The notes under the pieces: model-generated
What the model was told of the DNA's origin: nothing
The model's database searches: none
What the model saw: the letters and a program-made list of their open reading frames with translations, nothing else
In this document: piece after piece, positions 29,129 to 38,743 of the stretch
Position numbering within the stretch: position 1 is the stretch's first letter
Layout of the letters: the number at the start of each line of letters is the position of its first letter
From: Candidatus Zixiibacteriota bacterium
GTDB taxonomy: Bacteria > Zixibacteria > MSB-5A5 > WJJR01
Reading direction: 5' to 3'
DNA length: 64,000 nucleotides
NCBI GenBank assembly: GCA_040752595.1
Contig: JBFMGX010000004.1
Coordinates: forward strand, 365,346 to 429,345
Translations under genes and position numbers: made by a program

Positions 29129-29170
29129 GGGGCGGACGGTCACTTCCTTTTATCTTGACGGAGCGAACTG

Positions 29171-29623
29171 TCATTGCGAACCGGAATCCATCACACCCAT
29201 GCGATTCGCAAAGGCCATTTCGCCGCCGAGGTATGCACCGTAGGCGACGCAGAGTACGGCCGCAGTGATCAACACGAGATAGGCCCAACGTCCCTTTCGG
29301 GGGAAGCCACCACGTAGAGCCATCCGCCACAACGCCAGAATGGAAACCAGGCCGGCCGTACCAAATGCCGCCAACTCGTGAGCCTCGATCAACTCCATGA
29401 CACGCGGCGCGGCGTGTACTGAGCTCTCGACCGCCAGGCCACTGGCAATGGCCGCCATCGCCGCCACCATTGCCGCGATCAAGATCGGTGTCGTCCCATC
29501 CCAAAATCCGCAACCAAGCAGCCGGTCACGATCGAAGAACCAACGCCCCCCATCCAATGCGGCGACGAGCAGTACCAGTGCGATCGGGAAGTGTACGAGC
29601 ATTGGGTGGAGAGGCGCGGACAT
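29171..29623 (-). CDS. DUF2231-family membrane protein
   Basis: HPMLVHFPIALVLL signature near the N-terminus. 4 TM helices. Confidence 0.55.
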   Translation of the reverse strand: MSAPLHPMLVHFPIALVLLVAALDGGRWFFDRDRLLGCGFWDGTTPILIAAMVAAMAAIASGLAVESSVHAAPRVMELIEAHELAAFGTAGLVSILALWRMALRGGFPRKGRWAYLVLITAAVLCVAYGAYLGGEMAFANRMGVMDSGSQ

Positions 29624-29963
29624 GTGATTGACTCCCGAAAGGTATCTTGGTACGCCTCCCGGTGCCTATGCCATTGCTCGAAATGTGAAGATCGATTCAC
29701 ACCTACGCGGTTCGTCTGGCCCGTGGCCGGAGGCGTCCCGACACCGCCTGATGCAGGACTTCCACTTGCGACGACAATTGTTTGGTGGACAATCTGTTAT
29801 GGCTGGTGTATCGCGCCCCGATCTGACGCCTTCAATCACGGTCAAAGGGACTGGGTCACCAGCAGCGACCGGCCGGAGACCTGCTTGGCGGCATTGGGTT
29901 TGCGCTTCGTTGACCGGTGAGGAAGTTGCGGTCTCCCAGTGATCAGATTCGTGAGCCCTTGGC

Positions 29964-30755
29964 GTGAACCCGGAGAAGCAGACGGCAGAGCAGCGGTTTC
30001 AGGCGCTGGGGCGACTGGCGGTCGCCGCCGCACGCGGTGATGATCCGCGGCAGTTGCTGGAAATGGCCGTCGCCGAGGCAGTCGAAGCGGTGGGGCTGCT
30101 TGCGGGGGCGGTGCGGATATTCGCTGCCAAGCCGGATCAGGTCGATGTGGCGGAAGCCGGCGCCGGTGACGCTGATGCGCGGCGGCGGGTCGCGGAACTG
30201 GAGCGGACTCTGCTGTCGCCGTTGCGGAGCAACTGGGGTGTCAAGTCGCTCTTCATGACCTTGGATCTCGATGGTCCGGCCGGTCTGTTTTCATACCCAC
30301 TGCGCTCGCGGGATGCCGTGATCGGCGCCATCACCGGCCTGGCGCGCGGCGAGCGCAACCTCGCCCGCGAGGAAGAGTTTGTCGGCAGTCTGGCCGCGAT
30401 GATCGTTTTGATCGGACGGACCGGCCCGACATGGGGAGAGGTGCCGGCGGATCGATCAGCCCGCGAGGAACAGGCGCGGGTACAAACCGTGCGCGAGGTC
30501 GGCACGGCGCTCAACCACGAGATCAACAACCCGCTCATGGCCGTTCTGGGGAATATCGAATTGCTGCTGCGCAAGGCCCCGCCACTGGAGGCCGATGTCG
30601 TTGCCAAGCTGGGAAAGGTCCATGAGGCCGCCGAACGAATCCGTGACGTCACGCAGGGACTGGTGCGGATCACCGAAGTGAAGACCGTTCCCTATCCCGG
30701 CGGGACACGCATGCTCGACATCGACGGCTCCCCCAAGGGCGATGAGCCATCCTGA
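29964..30755 (+). CDS. GAF domain plus HisKA (DHp) protein lacking an HATPase_c domain
   Basis: H-box VREVGTALNHEINNPLMAVLGNIELL. No N/G1/G2 ATP-lid motifs before the stop. Confidence 0.6.
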   Translation: MNPEKQTAEQRFQALGRLAVAAARGDDPRQLLEMAVAEAVEAVGLLAGAVRIFAAKPDQVDVAEAGAGDADARRRVAELERTLLSPLRSNWGVKSLFMTLDLDGPAGLFSYPLRSRDAVIGAITGLARGERNLAREEEFVGSLAAMIVLIGRTGPTWGEVPADRSAREEQARVQTVREVGTALNHEINNPLMAVLGNIELLLRKAPPLEADVVAKLGKVHEAAERIRDVTQGLVRITEVKTVPYPGGTRMLDIDGSPKGDEPS

Positions 30756-30759
30756 GCCA

Positions 30760-31311
30760 TTACCACTTCTCAATCTTGATCGAGCGAAAGGCCCCGCCGC
30801 CGGACGGCAGATACTCCATGATCCCCTCGCGATAGAGCTTGATCCGGTCGCCGCCGCAGGTGGACAAAAGGATGTAATCCGGCGTCACTTCGTCGACCGC
30901 GTCATAGATGATCCCCTTCTCGATGATGCATGTCCCCGGTTTGAACTTCGACTCATCGAATGCCAGGGGTCGCTCCATCCCCAGCGTGTCGAAGTCCTCC
31001 GGCGTCGTGCTGATGTACCAGCTTTGGTTCGGTGACTTGCGAACGCGGACCAGTTGTTTGCGGGCGATGCCCTTGTCGGTGAATGCCACCTGCGAGGCGC
31101 CGCAGTAGACATTGGCGCTGTCGCCGTCGCGTTGTCCCTGAACGACGAAGTAATGCGTGTCGGTCCAGACTGTGTATGTCCCGCCCGGATTCAGCCACAC
31201 ACCCTTCTGCCAGGTGCGGAGCTTCTCCTCGACGTCGGTCGGTCCGGTGGCGTGTGACATTGAACCTGCACTCAAGAGCAGAAGCGCTGTCAGGACTCCG
31301 AGTCTGCGCAT
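30760..31311 (-). CDS. Secreted hypothetical protein
   Basis: Signal peptide MRRLGVLTALLLLSAGSMSHA|TG. No recognised domain. Confidence 0.5.
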   Translation of the reverse strand: MRRLGVLTALLLLSAGSMSHATGPTDVEEKLRTWQKGVWLNPGGTYTVWTDTHYFVVQGQRDGDSANVYCGASQVAFTDKGIARKQLVRVRKSPNQSWYISTTPEDFDTLGMERPLAFDESKFKPGTCIIEKGIIYDAVDEVTPDYILLSTCGGDRIKLYREGIMEYLPSGGGAFRSIKIEKW

Positions 31312-31476
31312 TGGGTGTCCTCCTTCGTAAGCCCGCCGATGCAGGGGTGGTTCTGTTTCTCAATAATACGCGCGTGCGACCCGCAGGTTACAAGCCAGGG
31401 CACCGGTCTTCTGTAGGTATGATGGTGGGCGGAGCCCACCCTACGGAGCAGGGCCGGGCTGCGCCCACCAGCTTGT

Positions 31477-32346
31477 CTACAGCATCTGCTTCAGAAGGCG
31501 CAGCACCATCCGGTTGAACCCCTCGGGTCCGGGGGCGCCGGCGAGACGGATCCCTCGGTGGGCGCGCAGGCCGGGATGGTACTTGCCGTCGGGGCGTTTG
31601 ACGGCGATGCCGATGTCGCAGGCCGCCATCATCGCCCAATCGTTGGGGGAATCGCCGAAGGCCAGTGTACGCGGCTTGATCTTCAGAGAGGTCGCATACC
31701 AGCGGATCAACTCGGCGACGGCATGTCCCTTGTCGGTCTTGCCGGTGAGGTGGTAGAAGCGGCCACCGGTGATCACGGTGAGCCCGTCGGCGGCCAGTTC
31801 TCTGAGATGATTCTGGGTTGTGCTCTCGGACAGGGCCGGGCGGAACAGGAACGGCTCTTCGTACTCGCGTTTCTTCGCCAGCGGCGCCAGGTGGATCGGT
31901 ATCTCGGCGTATTGGGCGATTACCTCCGGAGTCCAGTCGCCGAACCCCTCGCATTTCACCCCACTCTGCTCACGGTAGGCGATCAACCGCTTGCGCACGG
32001 ACGCATACGGTACGCCGAACTCACGCACCCACAACCCGTCACGCTCCCTGGCGCCTCTCGGCTTGATCGGTGCCGCCGCCTTGGGCCAGAAGATGGCGGC
32101 GCCGTTCTCCGCAATGAACGGTGTCTCCAGACTCAATGCCTTGTGCAAGGGGAGAATCTCCGCCCGCGTCTTCGATGAGACGATGACGAGAGGGACATTC
32201 AGACGTTTGAGTTCCCGCAAAGCGGCGGTCGCGACCGCATGCGAGTAGGTGTGAAAATCCAACAGCGTGCCGTCCAGGTCGGTGAAGACCACCAAACCCG
32301 GCTTGGTCGGCTTGGCCGCGCGCTTCTTTGTAGCTGCCGTGGGCAT
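31477..32346 (-). CDS. HAD-IIB hydrolase, mannosyl/glucosyl-3-phosphoglycerate phosphatase-like
   Basis: Motif I FTDLDGTLL. Motif III/IV ...GDSPNDWAMM.... Start at Met25 (ATG 32346); an alternative start is at 32418. Confidence 0.7.
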   Translation of the reverse strand: MPTAATKKRAAKPTKPGLVVFTDLDGTLLDFHTYSHAVATAALRELKRLNVPLVIVSSKTRAEILPLHKALSLETPFIAENGAAIFWPKAAAPIKPRGARERDGLWVREFGVPYASVRKRLIAYREQSGVKCEGFGDWTPEVIAQYAEIPIHLAPLAKKREYEEPFLFRPALSESTTQNHLRELAADGLTVITGGRFYHLTGKTDKGHAVAELIRWYATSLKIKPRTLAFGDSPNDWAMMAACDIGIAVKRPDGKYHPGLRAHRGIRLAGAPGPEGFNRMVLRLLKQML

Positions 32347-32529
32347 GGAATAGGGCTTTGACGTTTCTCCGCCAGAGTTCGAAACATGCAAAATACCGTC
32401 CGCCTCGGCATCCGGCAACGGAAAAACGTTCCTGGCGCGGCACCTTTGGCGCCCGGAGCGATACGGTCGTATGCAATCGGACTTGACAGATCAAGGCGGC
32501 ATCCCTATATGTGATTCGGCGTCCGGTGA

Positions 32530-32700
32530 TCTGCGGATCGACCGGGAAGGCGGTGAGAATCCGCCACAGCCCCGCTGCTGTAAGCGGCTACGACGGTGAC
32601 GCCGCGTGCGAAAGTCGCGGCTAACCACTGGGACGGTAGTCCCGGGAAGGTGTCACCCGAGGCCCGAAGCCGCAAAGTCAGAAGACCGGCACGGACGTCT
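32530..32700 (+). promoter_or_regulatory. Cobalamin (AdoCbl) riboswitch
   Basis: GGGAAGGCGGTGAGAATCCGCC...CCCGCTGCTGTAAGCGG ... CCACTGGGACGG...CCCGGGAAGGTG ... B12-box AAGTCAGAAGACCGGCA. These match the Rfam RF00174 core elements GGUG.GAAUCC / CCACUG / GGGAAGG / AGUCAGGAGACCUGCC. Confidence 0.7.
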
Positions 32701-32905
32701 GCCACAGATCTCGATTCGGCTGAAGCCGAATGAGTCCGTGGCCAGAGTTTCGATGCCTTCGCGGGAAGGATCGGGGCGGGACGTCGCATCGCGGCTGAGT
32801 CCCTGACTGTCGCCCGACCACCGCGTGGCCGGGCGATCTGCTTTGTCCGGTCCCGTTCCTTCCCCGCAGACATCGGTTCAGCACCGCTCCGAGGGAGAGC
32901 CGGCC

Positions 32906-35182
32906 ATGTCCAGTGTCTGCGAATACCTGCCGCGTTGGGGAGCGCGATCCGCCGCGGCGGACCGCCGAGCCGTCCCCGATCACTCGCCACAATCCCGGCT
33001 CAGCAGGAGCTTCGCCCTCCCTTTCAGTGACGGGATCGGGGGAAGGGTCGGTCGTCGCGCGTTCTTCCTGTTCGTCGCTTTCGTCGTTACTGCCCCTGCG
33101 ACAGCACGGGCCGAGTCGGAACGCGCCATCAGCGGCACTGTCTACGATCGTGCCTCCGGTTCTCCGCTTGAAGGTGCCGTCCTGACGGTGGATGGCACTG
33201 CCTGGGCGAGCATCACCGACGCCGGGGGTCGTTTCTCGATGCGTTCCATCCCCCCGGGAGAGTGGTCGGTCATGGTCACGCGCGTCGGGTTCCAGCCACG
33301 GCACCTGGCGTCGGTTGCAGTACGCGAAGGATTCGAGCAGACGCTGCACATCAGTTTGATTCCCGCACCGGTGGTGCTGCCGGGGCAGCAGGCGACCGGT
33401 CAGGCGCCCGATCGCTTCGCGGTGCGGCGCATCGAATTGTCATCGACACCACAGTCACCATCTCAGACGATTGAGCAGGCGCTGGCACGCGTACCGGGGG
33501 TTCGTGTCTATGGTTCGTCGGAGACACCCGGCGGGGTTCGTGTCTCTGTCGGAGGCGAGCCCGCCGAACGAGTGGCAGTGCTGTTGGATGGTGTGCCGTT
33601 GTCCGGTGGGGGAGATGGCTCAGTGGATCTGGCGGCGATCCCCCCTGCGGCGATCCGCGCCATTGAAGTCCATCCCGGGTCTCAGTCGGCGATTGCGGGC
33701 AATGCGGCGGTTGGCGGTGTCGTCAACCTGATCACGTCCACAGATGACCCTGCGGCGGCGCCTCCGACCGAGCTGCATGCCTTTGGTGGTGCATTCGATC
33801 ATTACGAAGCCGGAACGTCCCAACGGTTGCTCTTGGGAGGCGGCGAGGCGCGCTTCACCCTCGATGGGTTCCGGCATGGCCCCCGTTTCTCGTATCCCTC
33901 CGGCGACACCAACGCGATCCGTACCGGCGTCGCCAGTCACGGCCTGCGTGTGTTCACGCGCTTCGACAATCTGCCGCGCCACATCGAGGCGCTGGCATTC
34001 GTCTATCGGTCGACCAACGGCGTTCCCGGTCCTCTGGAGCAGAGGACGCCGGATGCCACCAATGACAATGACCGGTTTCGTTGCCAGGTGCGCTGGCAGG
34101 CGGAAATGCCGGAGGCAATGCAGGCGGCCGCCGCGATTTGGTACGAAAACGGCCGCGAACACTATCGTTCGCCGCAGCTCTACAAGGCCGATGCCGAGTC
34201 GAACGAGGAAACATGGGGCGGGAAGGCCGATCTCGTCCTTCATGGCCGGTCGCTGTCCGGCGGGCTCACGGTGGAAATGCGCAGCCGGCGTCTGGAAGGG
34301 ATCGATCATCTGCGTCCGGCGCAGTCGTTCGGAGTCCGACAGCGCATGGAGCATGCGGTCCGGGGACAGGTGGCGCACTCGGGAAGTCTACCTATAGGAT
34401 CAGGGACTGCTCGTGTCACTTGGGCGTGGGACATCGAGACCGGCGGGCAGAGCATCCTCTCGCCGCGCGCCGATCTGTCTTGGTCGGGCCCCGGCGCGAT
34501 CGTGTGGCACGGTGGTTGGGGACGATCATTCCGCCGCCCCGAGTTGACGTCGTTGTTCTGGAAGGCCGATGCCTACGCCGTCGGCAACCCCGACCTGCGT
34601 CCCGAGCGCGCTTCGGAATGGGACATCGCCGTTGGCTGGTTTCCGCGGCGCGTCGTGGCCGAGACACGGTACTTCGAACGCGACGTGACCGACATCATCG
34701 TCTGGGATCGCGACTTCGCCGGGCGCTACACACCCCGGAATCTGCGCGCGGCGTCTGTGGTCGGCCGGGAGGATCACATCGCGGTTGTGCCCTGCGAGCG
34801 CCTGGTCTCTCTGACGCTCGACTATACCCACGTGTTCACCGGCGCCAATGACGCCAGCGGCGAACCGAACACCGACGGGCGCACGCTGGTGTTCACGCCG
34901 CGACACATACATCAGTTTCGCCTCTCCGGGGAATGGCGACGATTCGGCGCCACCGTGCTCGGGCGGTGGGTGTCGCTGCGCTACACACGACGCGCCAACA
35001 CGAAGACGATCGCACCCTACCGTGCATTCGATGCGTCCGTGACCGTCGTCTGCCGTCGCCGGGCGCCGCGGTTGACAGTCTCGCTCAGCGGCGAGAACCT
35101 GACCAACGAGCATATCGAACTGATCGAACGCTATCCCTCGCCGGGACGGGCGCTGTCGGGAGCGATCACAGTCGGCCTATGA
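32906..35182 (+). CDS. TonB-dependent outer-membrane receptor with N-terminal carboxypeptidase-regulatory-like domain; BtuB-like by context
   Basis: Signal peptide RRAFFLFVAFVVTAPATARA. CarbopepD_reg-like ISGTVYDRASGSPLEGAVLTVDG. Plug and 22-strand barrel region. RBS GGGAGAG precedes ATG 32906. Sits immediately downstream of the B12 riboswitch. Confidence 0.8.
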   Translation: MSSVCEYLPRWGARSAAADRRAVPDHSPQSRLSRSFALPFSDGIGGRVGRRAFFLFVAFVVTAPATARAESERAISGTVYDRASGSPLEGAVLTVDGTAWASITDAGGRFSMRSIPPGEWSVMVTRVGFQPRHLASVAVREGFEQTLHISLIPAPVVLPGQQATGQAPDRFAVRRIELSSTPQSPSQTIEQALARVPGVRVYGSSETPGGVRVSVGGEPAERVAVLLDGVPLSGGGDGSVDLAAIPPAAIRAIEVHPGSQSAIAGNAAVGGVVNLITSTDDPAAAPPTELHAFGGAFDHYEAGTSQRLLLGGGEARFTLDGFRHGPRFSYPSGDTNAIRTGVASHGLRVFTRFDNLPRHIEALAFVYRSTNGVPGPLEQRTPDATNDNDRFRCQVRWQAEMPEAMQAAAAIWYENGREHYRSPQLYKADAESNEETWGGKADLVLHGRSLSGGLTVEMRSRRLEGIDHLRPAQSFGVRQRMEHAVRGQVAHSGSLPIGSGTARVTWAWDIETGGQSILSPRADLSWSGPGAIVWHGGWGRSFRRPELTSLFWKADAYAVGNPDLRPERASEWDIAVGWFPRRVVAETRYFERDVTDIIVWDRDFAGRYTPRNLRAASVVGREDHIAVVPCERLVSLTLDYTHVFTGANDASGEPNTDGRTLVFTPRHIHQFRLSGEWRRFGATVLGRWVSLRYTRRANTKTIAPYRAFDASVTVVCRRRAPRLTVSLSGENLTNEHIELIERYPSPGRALSGAITVGL

Positions 35183-35315
35183 CGCAACAACTAAACAAGG
35201 ATCGGGAGGGCGACGCTCCTGCGGAGCCGAGTCACTTCGCATGAAAAGACGGCTCGGCGGTCCGCCGCGGCGGATCGCCCTCCCGGAACGAATGTGTGAT
35301 AGGAAGGGGAAGGGG

Positions 35316-36551
35316 ATGCAGATGACTCGGTTCCAACTCGTATGCCACGCAACGTCCATTCTGCTGCTGGCGATGGTGATTCCCGTGGGCGCAGCCGCTG
35401 CCGCAGTCGTCGACACCGACCGGCTCATCGTGATCAACGGTCTGGCGGAAACACTGACTCTGGTCGACCGTGCCGCCGGGACCGTCGTCAACGATGTGAA
35501 GCCGCTCGGATTGGCACCCAACCGTATCCGTTATGGCGGCGGCCGGCTCCTGCTGGTGAATTCGACCTCCGATGATCTGTGGGTCATCGATCCAGAGACG
35601 CTCGCCACGCTGCGCGACGTAAACTTCATCGACGGCGAGAATCCCTGGGATGTCGCCTATGTCGATGACACACTGTGCGCCGTCTCGCTGTTGATCGCCG
35701 ATAAGATCGCCTTCGTCAACCAAAGCACGGGGCAGATTCTCCGCCGTCGCGACGTCGGCAAGAGCCCGCAGGGGCTGTTGGCCGTCGGGCCACAGCTCTG
35801 GGTGGCCAACACGGGGTTCGATTTCGGCACGTATCTGTATGATCCCGGGACCGTGTCGGTGCTGAACATCGCCGATGGTGCAACCATGGCGACGATTCCG
35901 GTCGGGACCAATCCCCAGGCGCTGGCGGCGTCGCCCGATGGTACGATCCATGTCTTGTGCACGGGGAACTACTTCGACCGTTTCGGCATCGTGTACTTCC
36001 TCGACCCGGCATCAATGTCGGTCGTCGATTCACTCCTGCTGGGGGGATCGCCGGGCGATCTGGCGATTGGCTCCGACGCCATTGCCTATGTCGCCGCCGG
36101 TGGCTGGGTCGATTCCGGCGAAGTGTATCGCTATCAGGCCATCTCACACCTACTGTTGAATGGCTCCGCCAATCCGTGGCACACGGCGCGCGGTGCCATG
36201 ACAGTCTTGCCGCGCCTGGAAGGGGGAGTGCATGCCATCTGTTTCTCCGGCGACTCACTGGTGGAGCACGATCTGCATGGCGGCATCGCGCGTCGCTGGC
36301 AGGTCGGCGACGGCCCTGTTCATGCCGCCTATGTCACCAACCGCCTGCCCGGGGATTTCAATGAGGATGGCGTGCTGTCTGTGCAAGACGTCGTCGGCCT
36401 GATCGACTTTGTCTTCCGCAGCAGCTCATTTCCGCAGCGATTGGGCGCCGCGGATGTCAATGCCGACTGCCAGTACTCGATACAGGATGTCGTGCTGTTG
36501 ATCAATGTCGTCTTCCGCGGCGGCTCCGGTCTCTATTGGGGGTGTGACTGA
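35316..36551 (+). CDS. Secreted YVTN-type beta-propeller protein with C-terminal dockerin-like domain
   Basis: Signal peptide, then repeated ~40-aa YncE/YVTN blades. C-terminus DFNEDGVLSVQDVVGLIDFVF...ADVNADCQYSIQDVVLLINVVFRGGSG is a type-I dockerin duplication. Confidence 0.65.
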   Translation: MQMTRFQLVCHATSILLLAMVIPVGAAAAAVVDTDRLIVINGLAETLTLVDRAAGTVVNDVKPLGLAPNRIRYGGGRLLLVNSTSDDLWVIDPETLATLRDVNFIDGENPWDVAYVDDTLCAVSLLIADKIAFVNQSTGQILRRRDVGKSPQGLLAVGPQLWVANTGFDFGTYLYDPGTVSVLNIADGATMATIPVGTNPQALAASPDGTIHVLCTGNYFDRFGIVYFLDPASMSVVDSLLLGGSPGDLAIGSDAIAYVAAGGWVDSGEVYRYQAISHLLLNGSANPWHTARGAMTVLPRLEGGVHAICFSGDSLVEHDLHGGIARRWQVGDGPVHAAYVTNRLPGDFNEDGVLSVQDVVGLIDFVFRSSSFPQRLGAADVNADCQYSIQDVVLLINVVFRGGSGLYWGCD

Positions 36552-36970
36552 TGACGTTGGGCAACTTTCATCAGCGTCGGGCACTGGTGTGTTGGGTCGC
36601 CGTGGGCGCGGTGCTCCTGTCGGCCGGGTGCGGTCAGAATGGCAGCCGACCGCGTCCAGGGCATGGCGCGCAGGATTCTCGGGCATTGATCATCGCCTAC
36701 AGCCCGGACTCAGCCGATACGTTCGCCTGTCCCGGCCGCGATTCCATCGCGGTTCTCGATCTCCTGATGCAGATGGCCCGCTCCGACAGCACGATTGTGC
36801 GCACCAAGACATACCCATTCGGTGTCTTGGTTGACCAGATCGGGTACCGTCGCAACGGCGACGGTGGTTTCTGGCTATACAGCGTCAACGGTGCCATGAT
36901 CCCGGAGTCGGCGGACAAACATCGGATCGGTGCGGGCGACACCGTGCGGTTCTTATTCGATGAGCGATGA
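36551..36970 (+). CDS. DUF4430-family lipoprotein (transcobalamin-like B12-binding fold family)
   Basis: Lipobox LLSAGC. Motif GGFWLYSVNGAMIPESADKHRIGAGDTVRFLF fits the DUF4430 signature (W.Y.VNG...GA..Y.L..GD.I.W.Y). Start overlaps the upstream stop (ATGA). Confidence 0.65.
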   Translation: MTLGNFHQRRALVCWVAVGAVLLSAGCGQNGSRPRPGHGAQDSRALIIAYSPDSADTFACPGRDSIAVLDLLMQMARSDSTIVRTKTYPFGVLVDQIGYRRNGDGGFWLYSVNGAMIPESADKHRIGAGDTVRFLFDER

Positions 36971-37022
36971 CACAACGCGGCTGTCTTCTTGACGCGGCCA
37001 GCGGTCACCGGGATATTCCGGC

Positions 37023-37550
37023 ATGTCTTCGGCCGGCACCACGTCACTTTGGACCGTCCCCAATCTGCTCTCACTGTCCCGGGTGATCCTGCTGCCGGTG
37101 TGGTGGTGGGTCATGGACTCCCCCGACCCATCACGACGCTGGTGGGGCGCGGCGCTCATCGCCTACGGTATTCTCTCCGATGTTCTCGATGGCTATCTGG
37201 CGCGCCGATGGGGGCAGGTGTCGCTCTGGGGGAAGGTGATCGATCCGGTCGGCGACAAACTCGCGGGATTGGTGATCGGTTTGTTCTGTGTGATGCATCG
37301 TGGTTTCCCACTCGCCGCGTTTCTTCTGGGAACCGGCCGCGACTTGGTTCTGGTCGTCGGCGGGTGGGTGCGCTATCGCCGCACAGGAGTCATGCCGATC
37401 TCGGCAAATCTCGGCCGCTACGCCGCCTTTCTGTGGGGAGTTCTGCTGTTGCTCTATGCCTTCGATACGTCGGCCATAGCTCATGTCATTGTCTGGCCCA
37501 CGGTGGCGCTGTATCTCATCGCTGGGATCGACTATCTCCGTCGTCGATGA
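37023..37550 (+). CDS. CDP-alcohol phosphatidyltransferase family protein (PgsA-like)
   Basis: DVLDGYLARRWGQVSLWGKVIDPVGDKL matches the D-G-x2-A-R...G-x3-D-x3-D signature. 4-5 TM helices. Confidence 0.7.
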   Translation: MSSAGTTSLWTVPNLLSLSRVILLPVWWWVMDSPDPSRRWWGAALIAYGILSDVLDGYLARRWGQVSLWGKVIDPVGDKLAGLVIGLFCVMHRGFPLAAFLLGTGRDLVLVVGGWVRYRRTGVMPISANLGRYAAFLWGVLLLLYAFDTSAIAHVIVWPTVALYLIAGIDYLRRR

Positions 37551-37558
37551 GAAATGCT

Positions 37559-37755
37559 GTAGGGGTTGATCTCAAATCGACCCGTTTGTAGGGGCGAGGC
37601 ACTGCCTCGCCCTCTTGCCCTCGCAGGGGGTGGGCGACCCAACGGGTCGCCCCTACAAGGTAACATCGATGGCAAATCGTAGGGTGGGTGCTCCGCACCC
37701 ACCGTGTCCCGAGACCCCTGCGGTGGGTACAAAGCACCCACCCTACATCACATTC
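37559..37755. repeat. REP cluster of five hairpin units (e.g. GTAGGGGCGAGGCACTGCCTCGCCC; GGGCGACCCAACGGGTCGCCCCTAC; GTAGGGTGGGTGCTCCGCACCCACC)
   Basis: Same GTAGGGG...CCCCTAC bracket as the other clusters. Hairpins verified by hand. Confidence 0.55.
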
Positions 37756-38731
37756 TCCTTGTCCGTCCGCCGGGGTGAATCCCCGTGTCGGAGATGATCG
37801 CCGTGATCAGCGCATTCGGCGTGACATCGAAGGCGGGGGAGAAGACCTTGGCACCTGGGGGTGCGATACGTGTGTCGCCGATGTCGGTGACCTCATCGGC
37901 GGAGCGTTCTTCGATTGGAATGTCGCGCCCCGTGGCGATGTCGTCGTCAAAGGTCGTGCGCGGCGCGGCAACATGGAAGGGGACGCCATGATGCGCCGCC
38001 AGCACCGCAACGTTGTATGTGCCGATCTTGTTGGCGACATCGCCATTGCGCGCGATGCGGTCGGCGCCGACGATAACCGCATCGATCCGTGAAGCGGAAA
38101 AGAGCGACGCGGCGGTGTTGTCGGTGATCAACGTCGCGTCGATCCCCTCTTGCATCAACTCCCACATTGTCAGACGCGCCCCTTGCAGAATCGGACGCGT
38201 CTCATCGGCATAGACCCGCAGCCGCTTCCCCTGATCGCGCGCCGTGTAGATCACGCCGAGCGCGGTCCCGATGCCCGTTGTCGCCAACGCCCCGGCGTTG
38301 CAGTGTGTCAAGACGGTCATGCCATCGGCCAACAGCGTGGCGCCGTTCTCGCCGATGCGTTTGCACATCGCGATGTCTTCCTCGTGGATGGCGATTGCTT
38401 CCGTTTCCAGAACCTCACGCAATCGCGTCGGATTCGCGCCGCAGTTTTGTTCCACGACAGACCTCATGCGCGCAACCGCCCAGCCGAGGTTCACTGCGGT
38501 CGGACGCGCTGATGTCAACAGTCGTGCGGCGGAGTCACGGTCCGTGGCGAGGACCATTCCATAGGCGGCGGCGACACCGATGGCCGGTGCGCCGCGCACG
38601 GTCAGATTGCGGATCGCCCCGGCAACATCCTCCGCTGTGCGGCAGACGACCGTGTCAACGCGCCCCGGCAGCCGCCGCTGGTCGAGGAGGTGCAGGGCGC
38701 CATCTGCCCAAGCCAATGTCCGAAAACGCAT
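37748..38731 (-). CDS. mtnA: S-methyl-5-thioribose-1-phosphate isomerase (eIF-2B alpha/beta/delta-like)
   Basis: Full-length match to MtnA/e2B2 family: GAPAIGVAAAYG, catalytic Cys/Asp region ...LTHCNAGALAT..., C-terminal FSPAFDVTP. Confidence 0.8.
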   Translation of the reverse strand: MRFRTLAWADGALHLLDQRRLPGRVDTVVCRTAEDVAGAIRNLTVRGAPAIGVAAAYGMVLATDRDSAARLLTSARPTAVNLGWAVARMRSVVEQNCGANPTRLREVLETEAIAIHEEDIAMCKRIGENGATLLADGMTVLTHCNAGALATTGIGTALGVIYTARDQGKRLRVYADETRPILQGARLTMWELMQEGIDATLITDNTAASLFSASRIDAVIVGADRIARNGDVANKIGTYNVAVLAAHHGVPFHVAAPRTTFDDDIATGRDIPIEERSADEVTDIGDTRIAPPGAKVFSPAFDVTPNALITAIISDTGIHPGGRTRRM

Positions 38732-38743
38732 AGGGTGCGGGGT

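Noticed and set aside
32825-32905. Upstream extension of the TonB receptor ORF
   Set aside because: It would run through the riboswitch expression platform. ATG 32906 has a GGGAGAG RBS.
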